A stretch of DNA of 64,000 nucleotides from Opitutales bacterium (GTDB lineage Bacteria; Verrucomicrobiota; Verrucomicrobiia; Opitutales; UBA2987): positions 512,001-576,000 of the forward strand of contig CBDDEL010000016.1 of assembly GCA_965226885.1 (NCBI GenBank). The letters run 5' to 3'. The stretch's first letter is position 1. Each line of letters opens with the position of its first letter. The notes below the pieces were generated by a model. That model ran no database searches. It was given only the letters and a program-made list of their open reading frames with translations, and was not told the DNA's origin. The position numbers were made by a program, and so were the translations under genes. Of the stretch, positions 62,460-64,000 are shown in pieces.

Positions 62460-62632
62460 ATTTTGTGCTTGGATTTTTACAGGAAAAGTTTTCCTCAATG
62501 ATACATCGGCAAAAAAAAAGCAATCCTAAAAAGATTGCCGAAAGACGTTGAAAGTTCCCCATTCTGCTTAAAAGAATGAATCGAAAATGAAAAAAGGAAA
62601 GATTGCTGCCTGCCACTCAAACCTGAAATAGC

Positions 62633-64000
62633 ATGAAACATTGTATTGTAACGATGGAAATCGCGGGGCCGACCAAGACTGGAGGCATTGGCACCCACTG
62701 CTATTACCTGGCCAAGTTTTTGCGCCAGTCCCTCGGCCATGAGGTAACAGTCCTCCTTGGTACTCCGCTCAAGGAGAAAGATTCCGCCCACTGGCAATCC
62801 TATTTCAAAGAAAAAATCGATGTCGATTTTGAGCCCCTGGATGACTACCCACTGTTCTCGAAACAGTACAGCATGACGAATATTCACTACGCCATGACTT
62901 GGTCGCTCAATATCTGCGCCCGGTTAAAAGACTGTTCTTACGACGTTTGCCATTTTCAGGAAAACAACGCCAATGCCTTCGTGCCGACAGCGGCCAAACT
63001 GGCCGGACTCCATTTCAGAGACACCCTGTTCACGACCACTCTGCACTCTCCGGACCGCTGGATTCGGGAGGCAAATCGTGTTTATTCGCACACCGGAAGC
63101 TGGGACCTGGCAATGGATTTTATGGAAAAACTGGCAGCCGAGAAGTGCGACTATGTTGTGGCGCCGGTCCATTACATGCTCGATTATGTCTCGGAACTAG
63201 GTTGGAAAGTCGGGGAGAAGGCACGGGTCATCCCCTACCTGATCGATGGCATCGAGAAAGCGCCCAAACGCCGGTTGAACAAGAACCATATCATATTTTT
63301 CGGTCGCTTGGAAACCCGCAAAGGCCTGGAAATATTCGTCAATGCCCTTGAAAATCTGCCACCCCGGGAAAACGGGCCACTTAAAGTGACCTTCATGGGT
63401 AAACCGGGCACAGCCGACGGGAAAGACTCTCTTGATTACCTGAAGCAACACAAAGGGAAATCCCCCAACCAGGCATGGGAATTCAAAACAGACCTGGATC
63501 ACTTCCAGGCAACCGCCTATCTACAGGATCATTCCGACGCCCTGGTCGTTATCGCCTCGCCGGTCGATAACTCGCCATTTACCGTTATCGAATGCCTGGA
63601 AATGGAATTGAATGTAATTGCCGCCGCCTCTGGAGGTATACCCGAGTTGATGGGCGGCCCGGAACGGCTTTTCCCGCCAACGGCGAACGGATTACGATGC
63701 AGGCTGGATGAAATTTACCAACATGGATTGAGCGACTTTTCTCCCCATCGCTACAGCAAGGAAAAAGCGGAAAAGGGTTGGAGCCGTTATGTGGAATATC
63801 TGGAAAACGAATCCAGATCGCTCAAAAGAGGTCCTCGCTTCGCCGCCGTTTCTTCGAGGAAAAAATCCAGCGTGATCTTAACTCCCGGCCTGGACAATGG
63901 AAGGCTGGAGGAAACACTCGATACTTTGGCCAAACAAACCACCACGGATTTTGATTTGTTTATCTTCAGCAACAGCGACACTACCATTTTGGAAAAAAAA
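62633..64000 (+). CDS. Glycosyltransferase (GT4 domain followed by start of GT2-like domain); runs off window end
   Basis: Absent from the ORF track because it has no stop in the window. MKHCIVTMEIAGPTKTGGIGT, FFGRLETRKG, DNSPFTVIEC, SGGIPE, LAKQTTTDF in one frame. Confidence 0.88.
   Translation, partial: MKHCIVTMEIAGPTKTGGIGTHCYYLAKFLRQSLGHEVTVLLGTPLKEKDSAHWQSYFKEKIDVDFEPLDDYPLFSKQYSMTNIHYAMTWSLNICARLKDCSYDVCHFQENNANAFVPTAAKLAGLHFRDTLFTTTLHSPDRWIREANRVYSHTGSWDLAMDFMEKLAAEKCDYVVAPVHYMLDYVSELGWKVGEKARVIPYLIDGIEKAPKRRLNKNHIIFFGRLETRKGLEIFVNALENLPPRENGPLKVTFMGKPGTADGKDSLDYLKQHKGKSPNQAWEFKTDLDHFQATAYLQDHSDALVVIASPVDNSPFTVIECLEMELNVIAAASGGIPELMGGPERLFPPTANGLRCRLDEIYQHGLSDFSPHRYSKEKAEKGWSRYVEYLENESRSLKRGPRFAAVSSRKKSSVILTPGLDNGRLEETLDTLAKQTTTDFDLFIFSNSDTTILEKK

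Noticed and set aside
1..64000. cas, tnpB/iscB, reverse transcriptase, integron integrase, phage or known defence genes
   Set aside because: No corresponding motifs were seen in any ORF.

Overview
This 64-kb bacterial window is most likely from Verrucomicrobiota (Opitutae-like), inferred from the gene set and style rather than from marker genes. It shows heavy erosion. About 17 IS copies or fragments from IS1380 (two isoforms), IS3 (two types), IS1 (two types), IS4 and an IS5/ISNCY-like element cover roughly 22.5 kb (~35%), often nested. At least eight host genes are broken. Intact blocks are rho-hypothetical-hisF, a polysaccharide/phosphate-scavenging cluster (LamG-propeller protein, sulfatase, GH143-like hydrolase, PhoD), sucB-lpdA, cysJ-like-fabG-acpP-fabF, pcm and a purine nucleoside permease. 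Reading the non-coding DNA gave five main observations: (i) remnants of integron cassette arrays with no integrase, including a pilin-like cassette bounded by exactly complementary core sites and a canonical 64-bp attC; (ii) IS1380 copies with mismatched YTAR flanks that fit a piggyBac-like overhang-transfer mechanism; (iii) many recent 4-36-bp tandem duplications with little microhomology; (iv) a 3' tRNA-Gln fragment marking an island boundary; (v) an uncalled 34-aa lysine-rich ORF. No CRISPR array, rRNA or complete tRNA was seen. Family assignments come from motif recognition, not database searches.
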